Notes: a model not told the origin generated them from the letters alone. Positions 24,697 through 38,868 are shown, numbered from the whole stretch's first letter. The stretch is 63,668 bases of DNA, filler included, from Octopus bimaculoides (GCF_001194135.2; 6 parts of 6 records of this genome joined end to end with filler, not necessarily neighbours in it), one strand, 5' to 3'. Numbers and translations are program-made.

Positions 24697-26939
24697 TATA
24701 TATATAGAGAGAGATATTCCATGAGTACCTTTTCCTACATCGTGACTTTCATACTTTATGCGGTGGCCCCTTTCAGTTAATTGAAATTATAACCGTAATG
24801 AAAAGAAAATTCATGAGCGTTAATAAAAAATGTTGACGTCGGACAAGAGAGATTGTTCCCAGAATTGCAGTCGTCTAAAAGCTAAATCAAACTGTGAATA
24901 CTGGGAGTGAGAGATTGATCTTTGATAACTAAGGTGATAACTCAAGACATGTTTTGATCTTGTTGAACCTCATCAGCAAAGAATGCGCAATACGAAGCTA
25001 ACTAACCACAAACTGACCTAGAGGGTTTATGGTTTTGGTGTGAAAATAATTCATTGAGGCAATTTAAAACAATAGCATTGGAAAATGTATGATGTCAAAA
25101 CAAATTCGGTCAAACAGGTATTTGCACACACACACACATGTTTGCATACGCATAAACATAAACACACATACACAAAAACACACATTCACACATACACGCG
25201 CGCACACACACACACACACTCACACGCGTGCGCACAAACATACACACGCGTGCGCGTACATGCCATTATATATCGGAGCTATTCCATTTTTTATTTATTT
25301 ATTTCATACATCATCCGCTTCTGTTAGGCAGTGACAGACGCGTGGGAGTGTGAAGAGGTGGTAGGCCTTAATTCTTTCTTTTCGAAAGAAATATCGTAAG
25401 TTAATGATTCTTAAGTAGTCCCAAGACCATAAAATTTGGACGGAAATATAGAATATAGTCGAAGACATCGAACCCCAGTGGTACTCGATACTTTTGATCC
25501 CAGAATGATTGAAGGCAAAGTTGACCTCGAGCGAGGATTTGTTGAACTCATGAAGTAACGATCCATTACTAAATACCGTAAGGTGGTAGTGATAGTGATG
25601 TTAAGAGAATTGAAAGTAAAGCCGTGTAGTTAGTGCTTCAGTTCTGGTTCAAACCACAGCAGGACTCGAACTCTTTACAACAGTAGTATTCTTCAAATTA
25701 CACTCATATGTCGGAAGAAAGAACGAAAGCGTTCCATAATGCATCCAAGATAAACAGTCATTACTGAAGCACTTTCTAGAAATAACAAGTGCATCTATCT
25801 CAAATCACGTCACCATTAGGCCTCAAGTGGTAGACTTAATCTTTCGATGGTAGACTTAATCCGACTTAACTCCATCACTTGGCACCATAGCTGCCTCTAG
25901 CGAACTTCATTCTCTTATTCTGTTGTAAATATTTAGGTCAGGCTTCCAGTTTGAGAATACATACTTCCCTCTCCTCCACCATTCTCGGGGACCCAATACT
26001 GGTTCATGGACACTGTTTTCTTACCTGAGAAAATGAGGACAAAAAGTGAGAGAATACTTTAGTTAATGTAGTTGTAGATTCATGAGGTGAAGGTGAGGGA
26101 GTAACAGCATGAACATGTCTGGGAGGTTTTTGAGAAAAGATCTGCGCAATCAAGGATGGTCTCAGTCTCAGCAGTAACAACAATAATGAAATGTTCACGA
26201 AAACTGTAACAAGTTATCACAGCAGAAATCAAATATACCACACTGTTGTTTTATCCATAATATAGAAGTTGGGATGGATCGTTAATAGTTCAATACTTAG
26301 ACACGTTAAAAGTGCAATGAATTTCAATTCACGAAGTAGATAAAATATATCAAATTATATAATCCGTTATTGATATTACATTGAGATTCAGGATTTCATA
26401 TCCATAGATGGTGGATAATCACCAGATGATTAAAAAGCCGACTTGTTTCTCGAATATCAGACATAATTATTTTGTCATACAGTTTCTAGTCTTGCATTAT
26501 TTGAATGAAAATATAAGGGATAAAATTCATTGAAAATTTTGTAGAAATAAAGTAAATGAAGACTTAGATGGCATGATTATAATAAGGGGGGGTTCAATAA
26601 ATAATTATATGGTAGTAAATACGGAAAGTTAAGGAGTTGAAATTATGATGATGTAAATAATTACTTTGTAACATAGCATAGAGAGTTACGGACAGCGATT
26701 CACAAAATGAATGGCAGAGACTGGTATGAAATATTTCATTTGGATTAAACAGAAAAGGAAAATAGCGAATGTGATTGTTCGTGGTAAATAACTAAATATT
26801 AATACGTTAAATTGGATGTTGATATAATCTTCCAATGTTCTAAGTGACATGTGAGCGAGATCTCGGATTGGCATTTTAGATACTCTGTGGGTTTATTAAG
26901 TTTGTTGACTATGAGGCTTTCGTTAGCAACGTTTTATAT

Positions 26940-27420
26940 CATTTCTCTATATACTCCAGCATCCACGTGTTAGATGTTGTAGTATGTTCTTTCAAATGCC
27001 AGACATAAATCGATAGTTTTGTTACATTCCTTTTCTCTACATAAACTATGGCGAGTAATTTGTTTAAGTTTATCTTCCACCATACCGTCGTAGTGTTGCC
27101 GTATGATATGTAATTTTGTTTTGGGTGAGGTGACTTTTGCTTCGTAGATACAGCTTCGGCGTTGTATGGCTTAATAAGAGGACATACATTTGTATTTCTG
27201 CATATGCAGTTAATCTCGGTAAATTTAATTGGTTTTCTTGCAACAAAATTTGTCATAATAGTGGTGCAGCTGTAACCAATTTAAGGTTATTTCTGTATGA
27301 TAGTTTTCTGTCTCTATGGTTGATGGGGAAATGTTTGTTTATTAAGGCTAGGAGATTTTTAGAAATGTTTGACTTAACATTTAAGAAGATGGGTGTAACC
27401 AGATAATACTACAGCGTTTC
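26940..27420 (-). mobile_element. Penelope-like element remnant: linker plus GIY-YIG endonuclease region
   Basis: Translates NVKSNISKNLLALINKHFPINH...NNLKL, then NCICRNTNVCPL, YISYGNTTT and RNVTKLSIYVWHLKEH..TW, all typical of PLE C-termini. Frameshifted. Confidence 0.72.
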
Positions 27421-27666
27421 TTACTACTGGATGATGGCTATTATTTTCTACTTCGAAATTTTTTTTTACTTTTATGTCAGAATATGCAAGTTTTTCCTTT
27501 TCTTTTTTGTTTTGTTTTGTCTTCTCTAGTGTTCTTTAATCTTCTCAATATCACAATTAAGTTTGCTTCTAAAGGTAATGACGTACGTAGGAAATTCACA
27601 TTAGCTATTACAGTTATGATATCGGATTCAAATGGTTCTCGGTCCTTATCTATATATGTATATATG

Positions 27667-27721
<55 letters not shown>

Positions 27722-28099
27722 TTTTCCTCACTTGTAGATATACTAGATATACTAAACTTTCAAAGACAAGGCTGGTTTCATCCTGAGCCATCATCTTCAT
27801 GTCAAATACAGTTACTGTATTGTCTCTGATAGGTAACTTATCGTAGCGCAATGATCAATTTNNNNNNNNNNNNNNNNNNNNNNNNNNNNNNNNNNNNNNN
27901 NNNNNNNNNNNNNNNNNNNNNNNNNNNNNNNNNNNNNNNNNNNNNNNNNNNNNNNNNNNNNNNNNNNNNNNNNNNNNNNNNNNNNNNNNNNNNNNNNNNN
28001 NNNNNNNNNNNNNNNNNNNNNNNNNNNNNNNNNNNNNNNNNNNNNNNNNNNNNNNNNNNNNNNNNNNNNNNNNNNNNNNNNNNNNNNNNNNNNNNNNNN

Positions 28100-28168
<69 letters not shown>

Positions 28169-29088
28169 GCGAAAATGTTTGTATTTTCAGTGAACCCTTT
28201 ATCGTTTTTGTTCAGGAGAAGTCTGAAAAGAGAAACACCAACATGAAGCATAGTTTCTTTGTGGGTAACCTAAAATTATATGCCAAAATTATGGATGGCA
28301 TTTCGAAAATTCATGATCCGTTTACGATATTTTCTATAATGATATATGGAAGAAATGTGACTATGATAAATGCTCCGTAGATGATTGTAAAACAAACTAA
28401 AACTACAAATCACTCTTGCAACATATCTGTTAATGACCTCACTATTTCTCTGATTTCTCTCTGTAACTAACGAAGAATTCTATAGATACTTACTGCTGTA
28501 TGTGACACACTGTGATGAAACTTGCAATGCGTAAAGCATAACCAGAGAATTAAAATATATGATCCTCAGAGTTTTACGCATACAATAACATATTTGATGT
28601 ATCTGTATTCCAACTAACATATAGACTGAACAATTTGATGTTAGATGACATCCAAGCAATAGATATTGCACCCTGAGAACAATTAATGGTCAGCAAAAGT
28701 GTTCACCTCAATAGTGATACTACTAAACCGAAAGCACGGAGACGAGGAGATAAAATTAAGATAGCTTTTGAGTATTGCACCGATGGCATCTACTAACCAC
28801 TAAGTTTCGAAGAGCACCCATGGATCAAGCTTACATACATGAAGCAATTAGCATGACCAAAGATGTAAAATTATTCTTAAAAAATTGAAGTATTTTTAGA
28901 CTAATAACTTCAGAGGCACACTCACGGAAGTTTCGGATTTACCATGACATAATATAAGATGACAGAGGCATGTACAGTCAATGTGTTCCATCTTGTACTG
29001 ACAATTAGTATGTTAGCTTATACTTTGAATACTATACTGTTGGAATCCAGGAACAGGAAATAACATGACCTAGATCTGACAACCGATA

Positions 29089-29164
<76 letters not shown>

Positions 29165-29309
29165 CACACACACACGCACACANNNNNNNNNNNNNNNNNN
29201 NNNNNNNNNNNNNNNNNNNNNNNNNNNNNNNNNNNNNNNNNNNNNNNNNNNNNNNNNNNNNNNNNNNNNNNNNNNNNNNNNNNNNNNNNNNNNNNNNNNN
29301 NNNNNNNNN

Positions 29310-29353
<44 letters not shown>

Positions 29354-29699
29354 CATGCTATATGTAGTACTCCATTTACATACACATACGCACGCGCATG
29401 CGCATATATATATTAAGGATTTGCATTAAAGGTTCTAGATATTTGATGACGATATCTAAATTACTGTTTGTTTATTAGAAAGGTATTGATATTTTAGGAC
29501 ACTATCAATAATGTAATGAATTTGTTTACGCATCTGGGCTGCTCAAATACTACCTTCCTTATCTAATCATAAATTTTGTTTACTGTTCTTTGGATATAAT
29601 TTAGAAACAACATTTACTGTTAGAGATGCAAATGTAGAAACAAAAGACAAAGGAAATGAACGGAAAATTTACAGTCACTACCACTTACATTATACCTGT

Positions 29700-30390
29700 A
29701 CTTATTTGGGCATTTATATCTAATTAGAAAAGTTATATTCCAAGGGTAGTTCATGCTTTCAGTGAAAATGTTCCGAAACGAAGAGTGGCGTTTTTCAAGT
29801 GGTGCTTGAGACGATTTGTAAAAGATGCGGCTAAATTTAAACTAAATGGCTAAATTAACTACCACAGTTGCACGTACTGAGTTTCTCCGCATGTTACGGA
29901 GGAACATCATGTTAATTTACCAGAAGCTAAAGTATGATACGGTTTTTCATCAAAAGATTTAATTGGCCCATTCTTTTTTGACAGTACAATGACTGGTTTT
30001 ATTCACTTGAACCTGCTGCAACAATCTGTCATGTCAAGCATTCAAGAGGATTTTGAAGATGTGGATTTTCTTTAACTCTGGCAATACGATTTTTGTACTG
30101 TTTCTTAGTTTGTGAGGATCGTCGATGTCCGCAATCGTATCTGCTTCAAATTTATCTCTAGTTCCATCGTTGGCAAATCGCCCAAGTGGATCTGTTTGAA
30201 ACTCTCTCCTAAACTGTTTTTTGCACTTTGACTACGTCTTCAAACTTCTAGTGGAACATTAGGAAAAATTTCCTTTGCACCGAGCTTAGTCTAACTTCCT
30301 TCATTATTTCTAAGTTAAATCTAAAAAGAAATGAAAAGTGGATTAGCAGCTGTTAAAGTGTGTTTTCGATCCTTGAAACACTCCCTTCTT
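29700..30390 (+). mobile_element. Degenerate Tc1/mariner-superfamily (maT/rosa-like) transposase fragment
   Basis: 29850-30070 translates, with stops, to [46 protein letters not shown]...LNLLQ, matching the NCRxW...VWCG...IIGPFFF..TVTG pattern. Boundaries are approximate. Confidence 0.6.
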
Positions 30391-30411
30391 TACCCATTCG
30401 CTCTCGTTCTG

Positions 30412-30440
<29 letters not shown>

Positions 30441-30445
<5 letters not shown>

Positions 30446-31235
30446 CATTCTGTAAGCTATGTGCTCAGTAATTCTTACATTGAAAGCTAAATGATATTTC
30501 TGTTAAATGTTATATTCTTATGCACACGCAGTACTTTGTTACTAGGACCATAATATGACTCAGGTGGAAATAACGAATAGTTTTATTCGGTAATACATAT
30601 ACATACATACATATGTGTGTGTGTGCGTGTATGTGTGCGTGTGTGTGTGTGTATATNNNNNNNNNNNNNNNNNNNNNNNNNNNNNNNNNNNNNNNNNNNN
30701 NNNNNNNNNNNNNNNNNNNNNNNNNNNNNNNNNNNNNNNNNNNNNNNNNNNNNNNNNNNNNNNNNNNNNNNNNNNNNNNNNNNNNNNNNNNNNNNNNNNN
30801 NNNNNNNNNNNNNNNNNNNNNNNNNNNNNNNNNNNNNNNNNNNNNNNNNNNNNNNNNNNNNNNNNNNNNNNNNNNNNNNNNNNNNNNNNNNNNNNNNNNN
30901 NNNNNNNNNNNNNNNNNNNNNNNNNNNNNNNNNNNNNNNNNNNNNNNNNNNNNNNNNNNNNNNNNNNNNNNNNNNNNNNNNNNNNNNNNNNNNNNNNNNN
31001 NNNNNNNNNNNNNNNNNNNNNNNNNNNNNNNNNNNNNNNNNNNNNNNNNNNNNNNNNNNNNNNNNNNNNNNNNNNNNNNNNNNNNNNNNNNNNNNNNNNN
31101 NNNNNNNNNNNNNNNNNNNNNNNNNNNNNNNNNNNNNNNNNNNNNNNNNNNNNNNNNNNNNNNNNNNNNNNNNNNNNNNNNNNNNNNNNNNNNNNNNNNN
31201 NNNNNNNNNNNNNNNNNNNNNNNNNNNNNNNNNNN

Positions 31236-31284
<49 letters not shown>

Positions 31285-31448
31285 ATGTATATGTATTACC
31301 GAATAAAACTATTCGTTATTTCCACCTGAGTCATATTATGGTCCTAGTAACAAAGTACTGCGTGTGCATAAGAATATAACATTTAACAGAAATGTCATTT
31401 AGCTTTCAATGTAAGAATTACTGAGCACATAGCTTACAGAATGTATAT
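30441..31448. repeat. Near-perfect ~170-bp inverted repeat flanking an N gap
   Basis: 30441-30612 versus the reverse complement of 31277-31448; one mismatch seen. Confidence 0.9.
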
Positions 31449-32915
31449 GGAATGTTCAAGAAGCTCATGAGTCATATATTATTCATTATCAAGTAATTAA
31501 GATAAAAATGCAGTGGAAGGCGCCGTGTGACTCTTCTCTCCAAATAAAGAGACTTTCATCCTTACACATTCACTAGCAAATATTAACCAACGTTAATCTT
31601 GCCTGATGAACTGGACTGCAAATCTGATCATTTATAAACCTTAGTACCATCAATCGTTGATCTCTCGCTTTAGTATTAATTTTTTGTCTATCTTTAGTTG
31701 ACTTATAACACTAGGAAATAAGCTTTAACACGTTAATAATATAATACATGCCTTTAGAAGTTAATTATTACTCGTACTTTTATGTGTCAGTATTCACTTA
31801 AGATGAGTTGAGCCGTCTTTAATAAGTGAATCCACAACTTCCAGAATGGAAAAAGACTACGCCTGGCGGTCATAGATCTCTGGCGCAGAAATCATCAACT
31901 AGTCGCAATTCCATCTACAGACACCGTTTAACGATTGAAGCTAAGAGTCAGTTCTAATAAACATAAGTGAGCATTTTTATCATACCTCTTGGCAATGCTT
32001 ACCATCTTTCTATCCACTCATCGTTGCAGTATTTATATGTCCATGACAAAGACAAACTCACAGAAAATCAGTGGCCAATCATTGAGCATAGACGCGATAA
32101 GAAACATCTATTACATAATGGTATATTTATCTTGATTGCATATTTTGTAAACACTTCGACCTTTTTTCTATTATATTCTACTGGTTGTCGTTTTAAATAT
32201 TTTCCCTTTCTTCGCTGTCACACAATATCATTATCTCGCCGTTTTATTTGCAATTCGTTTTCAGATAGAATTTCTTTCTCGTTTACTTTTCACTCTTTTC
32301 TTTCCTTCTTTCTTCTACTTCCTTTCTCTTTAACTTTTTCTTTTTCTATTTTTCCTTTTTTCCTCTTTTCTCTTTCTAAATTTAGTGCAATGACCTATGC
32401 TGTAATACATCCGTCAACGTTTAGCGGTTTTGGTATGTCAGATTAAAAGGCTTTAGCTTGTGAATTGCTTCCCTTTTCCTTGAACATTTCCACTCCCTCT
32501 TAATTTTCTAATCTTTTCCCTTTACGAGTCCATCTCACATTTTTCTTTGCTCGCCTATTTAGTGTGTTTCCTTCTCCTTCTCTTTCTCTTTTACTACTTT
32601 CCTCTTACATATACTCTTGGTCGTCCGCTTTCGACAAAAACAGGTTTCGTTATATAAACACTATATAAACACAGATTTGAAAATTAGACGATTTCAGTTG
32701 ACAATTGACAAAACCAACATGCAAAAACGCCATCCATGGCTAGTAAAATTACCCAACAAAACATAAAATAGATCAGAAAAAAATAATAAACAAAGCAAGG
32801 AAGGACATACAACCATCTTTTGACTCGTTTCATTCGTGTACCTTGACACTAACGAATACATATTTTGACACAACTTTTTCAAACGTACCTCTTGTTTCAA
32901 TCCGAAATGTGCGTG

Positions 32916-32957
<42 letters not shown>

Positions 32958-33358
32958 CGCATGCATACACACGCAAACATACCTACGTGTATATATATAT
33001 ATATATATANNNNNNNNNNNNNNNNNNNNNNNNNNNNNNNNNNNNNNNNNNNNNNNNNNNNNNNNNNNNNNNNNNNNNNNNNNNNNNNNNNNNNCATGCA
33101 TGTATGTATGTATGTATATATGTATATATATGTATATATATATTTATGTATGTATATATATGTATATATATACATATGTATATATACATATGTACATATA
33201 TATACATATGTATATACATATATATATGTATACATATATATGTATATATATATGTATATATAGATATATAGATATATATATATATGCTAATATATGTGTG
33301 TGTGTATATATATATGTGTGTGTGTATCTATATTTATATGTATATCTATACGTATGTG

Positions 33359-33411
<53 letters not shown>

Positions 33412-33412
<1 letters not shown>

Positions 33413-33582
33413 GTATCAGGACAATACAATTGTCCACTTAAGACAACTACCCCCTAGGACAATTACTCCCTTGGCTAATTACCCCTTCTCCAATATATTA
33501 AGAAGTTTTAAATCATCTGTTGTCCGCAGGGGTAATTATCCTTGGTGGGTTACTGTCCATGGGGGCAAATGTCCTAGACTCG
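33412..33582. mobile_element. Putative MITE with repeated inverted subterminal motifs
   Basis: The left half carries GGACAA(T/C)TACCCC-type motifs several times. The right half carries their complements (GGGGTAATTATCC, GGGTTACTGTCC, GGGGGCAAATGTCC). No clear TSD. Confidence 0.5.
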
Positions 33583-34249
33583 TAATATATGTGTTTGTGT
33601 CTTTGTATGTATATGTATACATAAATATATGTATGTATATGCATGTATATATGTGTGTGTGTATGCATACACGCTATGAACGCATATGCGTGTGCGATTG
33701 TGTGTGAATTCACGTTTGTGATCTTTCGAATTTGTGACCTCTGTCACACTATGCTCTGCCAATGTCAATGTAGTTAAATCTCAATGATTCAGCCGTTTAT
33801 ATATAAGCCAATACTCTGGAATGGTACTGATCACCGTTTGTAAATGTCAGCAGCTTGAGCTTGAGTTTCTCCAGGAGCATTTACTTTGATAAGGCAAGTA
33901 AGTTCTAAGTCCAAAGCTCTATCAAAGTAAATCTGATATCTTGCCTATGACAACAGTATGTATTCATTGCTGTTGGTATCGTTGCCACCGTCGTCGTCTT
34001 TACTCTCTAGCGTTCCACCATCAATCCAGTTTTTTTTTTCTCCCTTAAAAATATCTGACGTAATATCCTTGTTAAAACCCTCGAGGAATAATTAAGTTCA
34101 TGGCGTTTTTAAAAGTTCTTAAATAACAATATATTTTACGTGCCTTCGTATGGCTCCATAAATGTTGACACATTATGTTGACATTTATTCTTCAAGAATA
34201 ACTTTTTTTCTCTGGAAACAAGCCATTTTATCTTGTTTTAAGTTACACT

Positions 34250-34462
34250 CAAAGGCGGCGAACAGGCAGAATTGTTAGTACACCGGACAAAATGTTTAGC
34301 GACATTTCCTCTGGCTCTTTACATTCTGAGTTCAAGTTCCGTTGAGGTTGACTTTCCCTTTCATCCTTTCGGGCTTAAAATCAGTTGCGCTCTAGGCTCG
34401 AAGTAATCGGCAAGATCCATCGCCCAAAATTTCTGGCCTTGTACCTCTAAGTAGAAAGAATT
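34250..34462 (+). mobile_element. SINE family B, degenerate
   Basis: Head, core and 3' end are all recognisable. Confidence 0.75.
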
Positions 34463-36402
34463 AAGTAACACTCACAGCTGTATTTTCATGCAAACACACA
34501 ATAAACCGCGATAGTTAAAATTCGAATCAGACGGTTTTAAAGCAACTCACTTCACTCGGTTGATTCTTGTGCGATCTTCTGTCACATACGCACATCAGAT
34601 ATTATTTACCTCCTTTTATTGCGAGTTAGATATTACAAATCGATCCCTGGTCACATTTTACTATGCACATGGTAATTCAACTGAATGAAGCAGGTATTTC
34701 AATTATTTTATAAATGTTTCTAACTGTCCTTATTGGAAGGAATCTCTAACCCAAATAATAATACAACTTCAGCTGTAGTGATAGTGATAGTAGCAATAGT
34801 TCTCTATCAACAGCGCAGCACCAACACTTTAAAATTGTCCCGTGTTCCGTTTGGATTGTGAACTATTATAGCAACCCTTAATAACGTGGTCTTACTTATA
34901 TCTGTGTCATCACCACAGTTGTGTGCCTGGAAAATAAATTAGCCTTAACAGCAAACAGTAGCAACAGCAGTAGATGTAACAACAGCAACTGTAGTAGCTG
35001 TATCCATCTCCGAATCTTAAATTTCATGTTTGATGTCTACACAGAAAATATCCATTTAATTATTAACACGACAAACATGAAATGCTTTAAGGAGAATTAC
35101 TTCTAAATGCCAACTGTTGAAGTTCAAAGTCCAAACACTTACAGTGGGCAGGGCAGTAATGACCTGCTTAGGTCATGTTTTACTGTATACTGGATAACTC
35201 CGTTGTGAACTTGCTGAGAAAGAATTTGCTCAGCCTTTCCCAACTTGGTAGTGATATAAATGATTAGGTTCAGCCTTCCTATTAATGGTTACCTCCCAGC
35301 TACTCTCTATCAGTTGTAATCGGTCCTCTTAACCTAATTTTTAAGGATTCGGTTTAGCCATCTGTTAATTCTGTTGGCTGGAGTGAAAGATTAACTGATC
35401 ATTTATGTTATATCTTCATTTAGTTTTCTTTCCCTTTCCTAATGCCCCCTCTCACTCTTTCTCTCTCTTTCTCTCGTTCTCTTTCTCATTATTCTTATAT
35501 TATATGTGTGTGTGTGCTTATCGTCTAGAACTCATGCTTTACCATTTTTTTCCGTTTCTGTGGTATTCATTTATAAATCTCATTAATTATAAAACTAACA
35601 TCAGTAATCAATAACGTAAAGTTAACTTTACACAGTCTATCAATTTTCAGAGTTTTAGTTTTCTTTCCAATTTCAAAATCAAATGTAACTACGACTTGAT
35701 GAAATACCTCGTAGGCTTTCATGAATAATATAAGTGTCTTGCTTTCACGTAATGTGTTAAATATTTTTCAGTGTGGAAAGACTGTTATTCTCCAGACTGA
35801 CTTCCGCTGAACATACAGGCACGTCCTGTAAGTGATTGAAGCCAAGTCAAGGACACGATTCACTCCGAGCATCTGGGGATGTAGTCCTTACGTGCAGTCA
35901 TTCAATAGTAGCTACGCTAGACTGGTTTCTTTTAAAGTTATCCATCAAAGCTTTGCATCTGAGTGGATATGAATACAAATTCAAGCTAAAGATATATCAA
36001 TTATGTGGTATCCTTATTGCATTATAGCTGTGGAGTATAACTCTTATAGTACTTGCTTGTAGTGAGGTGGGACTGACAAGAAACATTGAATTACCGCCCA
36101 ATATGATATCCTTACACCGACTCGACCAGCTGTTGCAATGAATACTTTATGGAAACATTTCAATAAAACAGGAATTAATATTCAAAGTAAAAGAATTGAA
36201 AATACTTTCAACCATAAACTAGCTCACCAGGTGATATCATACATTATGACTACAGGGAAATAAAGTTATGCATCCGTCGTCAAAGTAAATTACTAAATAC
36301 ATTCACAATTATAAAGACATCACTTACAGTTTCCAATTGAATTTTATCTTGATTCATAAACGACAATACACCACATTAGTTATGTAACATTTATTTATAG
36401 TA

Positions 36403-37044
36403 GGGCGGTAAGCTGGCAGAATGGTTAGCACGCCAGGCGAAATGCTTAACGGTATTTCGTCTGCCGTTACGTTCTGAGTTCAAATTTCGCCGAGGTCGAC
36501 TTTGCCTTTCATCCTTTCGGGGTCGATAAATTAAGTACCAGTTATGGACTGGGGTCGATGTAATCGACTTAATCCGTTCGTCTGTTCTTGTTTGTTCCCT
36601 CTATGTTTAGCCCCTTGTGGGCAATAAGGAAATAGGTATTTCGTCTACCGTTACATTCTGAGTTCAAATTCCGCCGAGGTCGACTTTTTCTTTCATCCTT
36701 TCGAGGTCGATAAATTAAGTACCAGTTGCGTACTGGAGTCGATCTAATCGACTGGCCCCCTCCCCTAAAATTTCGGGCCTTGTGCCTAGAGAAGTAAAGA
36801 AAAAAAAAAGAACATTTATTTATAGTAAGGTGGCGAGCCAGCAGAAACGTTAGCACGCCGGGCGAAATGCTTAACGGTATTTCGTCTGTCTTTACGTTCT
36901 GAGTTCAAATTCCGGCGAGGTCGACTTTTCCTTTCATCCTTTCGAGGTCGATAAATTAAGTACCAGTTGCGTACTGGGGTCGATTTAATCGACTGGTCTC
37001 CTCCCCAAAAACTTCGGGGCTTGTGCCTAGAGTAGAAAAGAATA
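36403..37044 (+). mobile_element. Three stacked copies of SINE family B
   Basis: Repeated GTTCTGAGTTCAAAT..CCGAGGTCGACTTT..CATCCTTTCG.GGTCGATAAATTAAGTACCAG core at ~36475, ~36655 and ~36895, with nested TSDs. Confidence 0.92.
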
Positions 37045-38813
37045 TTATTTATAGTCAATGCAATCAAGCTTTCTCTTATAACTATTTAGCGTTGATTATA
37101 GATATTTACATTATCTACTATCCAAGGAGGCGTACTCTAATGGGCTCCTGACCTACTAGATATTCCTCAAATCACACCCCATAGTCTTAATGAAATATAA
37201 TACAGTTCTAGTTATCTCTAGGAAAGCGAGATGTCACCGCCGAGCTAATATTTTCGATCACAGTTCTGCTTGATCAAAGTTAATCTGGAACTAAACAACA
37301 ATAGTAGTAAATAGTGCAGTGATGTTGCTCTTCTTTAGACAACTTTATTTTTCCATGAATCAACGACTTTCTTAAGTTTTAAATCCTATTTCAGATACAG
37401 TTTTGATAAAATTCCTTTGTCCCCTTTCATATGAAATTTCATTAACGCCAATGTTTCTTTTTTTTTTTCTATTCTTATTACAAATATAATTTCAATTGAT
37501 TAAAATTTATTTTCGGCTCACAACCATTAACTATGATAGCCAGCTCGTTTTACTATATGTAGCATGTACTGAGTTTCACATGATTCTTCCAAAAGCCTTA
37601 GACATTTTAGTGCATGTCACTAACATCTATATTATTTTATTTTATTTCAAGATCAATTTCCAAATTTGTTTTCACATCACCGTATTTATGTTTATTCTAC
37701 TCTTACAAAAGTGACGCTGCTCCTCTGATTTCTTAAAATCATTCTGTCAACCATGAAAGTGTTTTCATTTCCCATTATTCTTATCATGTCTCTCCAACAG
37801 CTTTTCATTTCTTTAAAACAAACAAATGATTCAGTTCGTGGTTTAAGATTTTTGATTTTTGTTTTTTTCTTTAATGGCTTAGTCAGAGGGAAAATTATAG
37901 CACCCATGACTTTTCTATGAAGGCTTCCAAGGTCAGTAGCAGGTAGAGAGGGAGACCTAGCCCGAATGCTTCCAACAGGTAGTGATGCTTAACGGAGCGA
38001 CAGATTAACTCTATCCCTGAACAAAAGACAACGTTCTCGCCAACGAGATTCTACATAGATTCCTTGAACTAACTTTCACCTACAAGATGACTGATATCGG
38101 TGGTATAATGATGGTGGTGGTGGTGGTGGTGGTAATAATAATGATACCGATACAACGCATGGCTTCAGTGACTCAGCGAAGAAATTCTCTATGTGATTCT
38201 TCGGTTTGCTAGAAATAGCAGTCAAAACCAAATTTCCCTCAAATCACACCCTACTATCATAAAACACAGAAAGGGTTAAATAATGTAGTTTTAAAAATTA
38301 GTCTGAATAAAACGTGGGATGACTTTATACATACAAAAATATGCACACACATACACAAATGCACAAACACACACACACACAAATGCATACATACATACAA
38401 ACATACATACATACATGCATACAAAACGCTCTCCTACTCGACTGGGCGTCGAATAGTTGCCTCGCCAGCGATTGCACAGCCGAAACTTTTACGTTCAAAA
38501 CGGCTTGCACAGTCCGTCACAGACCCTCTCCATCCTACTGACATACTCCAACGACAAGCGGAAGCAAGATATCTAGTGCCAAATGGGCCGCACATATACA
38601 TACACACACANNNNNNNNNNNNNNNNNNNNNNNNNNNNNNNNNNNNNNNNNNNNTTAATTAATTAANNNNNNNNNNNNNNNNNNNNNNNNNNNNNNNNNN
38701 NNNNNNNNNNTACATACATAGATACATACATACATACATAGATACATACATACATACATATTTCGTATCATTCACGGACCCAAATATAAACAGGCAAACG
38801 AATGGCCAGCGAG

Positions 38814-38868
<55 letters not shown>

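Noticed and set aside
24873-24906. NCSRLKAKSNCEYW, GPS-like CxxW
   Set aside because: The acceptor is weak, there is no second W/GC motif, and it lies beyond an intervening gene start.
26004-26198. Signal-peptide-like ORF MNISLLLLLL (-)
   Set aside because: It starts at GTG, and the Leu run derives from (TTG/CTG) low-complexity sequence.
26908-26933. Hammerhead-like CTATGAGGC..GC.AACGTT next to the Penelope relic
   Set aside because: Both conserved core segments (CTGATGA and GAAA) are broken, and it is antisense to the element.
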